Part shown: positions 55,725-57,658 of the stretch, piece after piece
How the letters are laid out: the number at the start of each line of letters is the position of its first letter
How positions within the stretch are numbered: position 1 is the first letter of the stretch
Origin: a virus
Lineage: Duplodnaviria > Caudoviricetes
Virus record (IMG/VR): IMGVR_UViG_3300045256_000273
Span: 1 to 57,658 of that record
Length of the DNA stretch: 57,658 nt
Reading direction: 5' to 3' (one strand)
The notes under the pieces: generated by a model
What the model was told of the DNA's origin: nothing
The model's input: only the letters and a program-made list of their open reading frames with translations
Databases searched by the model: none
Position numbers and translations under genes: made by a program

Positions 55725-56572
55725 AGTCGGTCGGTTGTTTCGCCCTCCTGGGGCGTTTGTACTTCCCGTTCTTTTAGCGCTGCGAACTCGGCCGGCGTCA
55801 AGGCGCCGAGGCTCGAGTGCGGGCGGCGGTGGTTGTAGTCGAGCCGCCACGCCTCGATGGTCTCGCGCGCTTCCGCCAGGCTCAGGAACACGTGCTCGTT
55901 GAGGCACTCGTCGCGCAGCCGGCTGTTGAATGATTCGATGAACGCGTTCTGGATCGGCTTGCCGGGCTCGATGAACTGCAGCCGCACCTGGTTGTCGTAC
56001 GCCCATTGGTCGAGCACGCGACCCGTAAACTCCGGGCCGTTGTCGGACTGAATCAGCGTCGGCAGGCCACGTTCGAGACCCAGGCGATCCAACACTCTGG
56101 TCACGCGCTCGCCGGTGAGCGACACGTCCACCTCGATCGCCAGGCTTTCGCGGCTCCATTCATCGATCACCGCCAGGGCGCGGAAGCGTCGGCCGCTCAT
56201 CAGACTGTCGTGAACGAAATCGAGCGCCCAAGCTTGGTTCGCCGCCGCCGGCCGTGGCCGCACTACGCGCAGATGGCTCCGTCGCTTGCGCCGTCGGCGC
56301 CGGCGCAGTGACAGCCCTTCCTCGCGATACATGCGCTCTATACGTTTGTGGTTCACCCGCCAGCCTTCCCGCCGGATGATTCGATAGAGCATCGGACATC
56401 CCCAGCGCCGCCGCTCCTCAGCTAACTGTTTCAGCCGCTCACGCAGCTTAAGGTTGCGATCCGGTCCCGGCGCGCGCCTGAAGGTGCGTCGCGTGATTCC
56501 GATCAGCCCGCAGGCGCGACGCTGCGACAGACCGTGCGTGGAAATTACCTCCACCACCATCTCTCGCTTCAC
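55715..56572 (-). CDS. IS3 transposase OrfB (DDE)
   Basis: [37 protein letters not shown]. Confidence 0.95.
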   Translation of the reverse strand: MKREMVVEVISTHGLSQRRACGLIGITRRTFRRAPGPDRNLKLRERLKQLAEERRRWGCPMLYRIIRREGWRVNHKRIERMYREEGLSLRRRRRRKRRSHLRVVRPRPAAANQAWALDFVHDSLMSGRRFRALAVIDEWSRESLAIEVDVSLTGERVTRVLDRLGLERGLPTLIQSDNGPEFTGRVLDQWAYDNQVRLQFIEPGKPIQNAFIESFNSRLRDECLNEHVFLSLAEARETIEAWRLDYNHRRPHSSLGALTPAEFAALKEREVQTPQEGETTDRLYL

Positions 56573-56847
56573 CGCGGGCCGTAGCCGTTTTTTGCCAACA
56601 CGTCTTTCAACGCCCGAAGGTCGAGCGCCTGGTCTGCCACGATCGCCTTGAGCCGCCGGTTCTCCTCCTCGAGCTGGCGCAGCCTACGCATCTCGGAGAC
56701 CTCCAGCCCGCCGTACTTGTTGCGCCAGGTGTAGAACGTGGCGTCCGAGATCCCATGGCGCCGGCACAGCTCGGTCACTTTCGCTCCGGCCTCGGCCTCC
56801 TTCAACACGCCGATGATCTGTTCCTCACTAAACCGTGCGCGTTTCAT
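56569..56847 (-). CDS. IS3 transposase OrfA
   Basis: [29 protein letters not shown]; A6 run near the 3' end for -1 frameshift. Confidence 0.95.
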   Translation of the reverse strand: MKRARFSEEQIIGVLKEAEAGAKVTELCRRHGISDATFYTWRNKYGGLEVSEMRRLRQLEEENRRLKAIVADQALDLRALKDVLAKNGYGPR

Positions 56848-56911
56848 GTCTGCCTTCCTTTCCGGCAGACACTAACCTATCAGTGGGATACTTCGAGGGG
56901 GTAAGGCCACA

Positions 56912-57294
56912 AGGAAGATCTGGGTCTGAAGGTCAAGACCGACCTACCGCCCGATTTGGAGGCCAAGATATGGGAACTCTACAAAGAGTATGAGACGGAA
57001 TTTGAGAATCAGGAGATTTTTCATCCGGCCGGCGACTTGGCGTCTATGCGGTTCGCGCAAGGGCCAGCGTCAGCGCCGACCGGGGTGCAACCTCCGTCGC
57101 TTGCGCAGCAATACGACCTGCTACACGCAATGATCGAGAGCAGTAGATTGTCGAGTAAGTTTGTGACCGTGCGCAGATACGAACTGCTTCAGGCCGGACA
57201 ACCGCCTATGCTGCAGATCCCACAGGCTCCGCCCCAACCAGTATTGAAGGAAGACATTTTGTCCCAAGGGTGGCGCCATTCGAGGGTTCCGTAG
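56912..57294 (+). pseudogene. 3' fragment of a second SDH-family Clp-like protease, truncated by IS3
   Basis: EDLGLKV..LEAKIWELYKEYE..AMIES parallels EEVGLNV..LEKIMWDLFECYE..GCIES of 2995-4176. Confidence 0.6.
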
Positions 57295-57484
57295 CTTCCG
57301 GGGTCAGGTCGTAGGATGTCGTCATTGGCTGAGGGTGCTCTAGTGGGCGCGGGGAAGAAACGGGATATTGAGGGCACGGGGTCCCCACTTCGGCGGGTAT
57401 GGAACGGAACCCGCCCAGCGGCATTGCTGGAATCATCACTGTGCGGAGAATGATTGGCTTCATCACCAGACATCCTAACATTCT

Positions 57485-57658
57485 ATGACGGACTGGCCGT
57501 AGGTTAGCGCTGAGAAAAGGATGGGAAGGAGTGAGAAAAGGATGGGAAGGAGAGAATCTCCGTCTGGGCGGTTGTATTCCCATCCAAGAGTCTGATGCTG
57601 TCTAGGTCCGCGGCTTGCGGCTCGGACGGCTGGGGTGCGGCTATGACGACAAACGCTT
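57485..57658 (+). repeat. copy 2 of the 4159-4311 repeat, with an internal 21-bp tandem duplication
   Basis: TGAGAAAAGGATGGGAAGGAG doubled; runs to the window end. Confidence 0.95.

Larger units (their letters stand above)
55684..56911 (-). mobile_element. IS3-family insertion sequence (IS407-like)
   Basis: orfA/orfB pair; left IR TGTGGCCTTACCCCCTCGAAG at 56911; degenerate right IR near 55684. Confidence 0.9.

Overview
Most of the window (about 4.7-55.7 kb) is a near-complete temperate tailed phage with a podovirus-like virion module: terminase, portal, scaffold, capsid, adaptor, nozzle and ejection proteins with a lytic transglycosylase, and no tape measure or sheath. It also carries replication/recombination genes (a primase-helicase split in two, RecD-like helicase, ERCC4 nuclease, RecT/Bet), a tyrosine integrase with an intact attP-like tRNA-Arg(CCT) 5' half, and lysis and accessory genes. 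The left flank is mobile-element DNA (ArdC, VapBC-type pair, orphan HigA, SDH-type Clp protease, integrase remnant). The right flank has an IS3 element, a truncated second Clp-like gene and a repeat of left-flank sequence. The most unusual features are: (1) several tail-fibre-like proteins with Sec signal peptides and many cysteines; (2) a self-contained Flp pilin moron; (3) at least 13 copies of a YTKAC-N8-GTMAR palindrome across the phage, with no classical CI repressor; (4) a primase interrupted by an inserted gene; (5) seven small Arg/Lys-rich proteins. The host may be Candidatus Binatota or a relative (inference only). All family calls come from motif recognition, not database searches.
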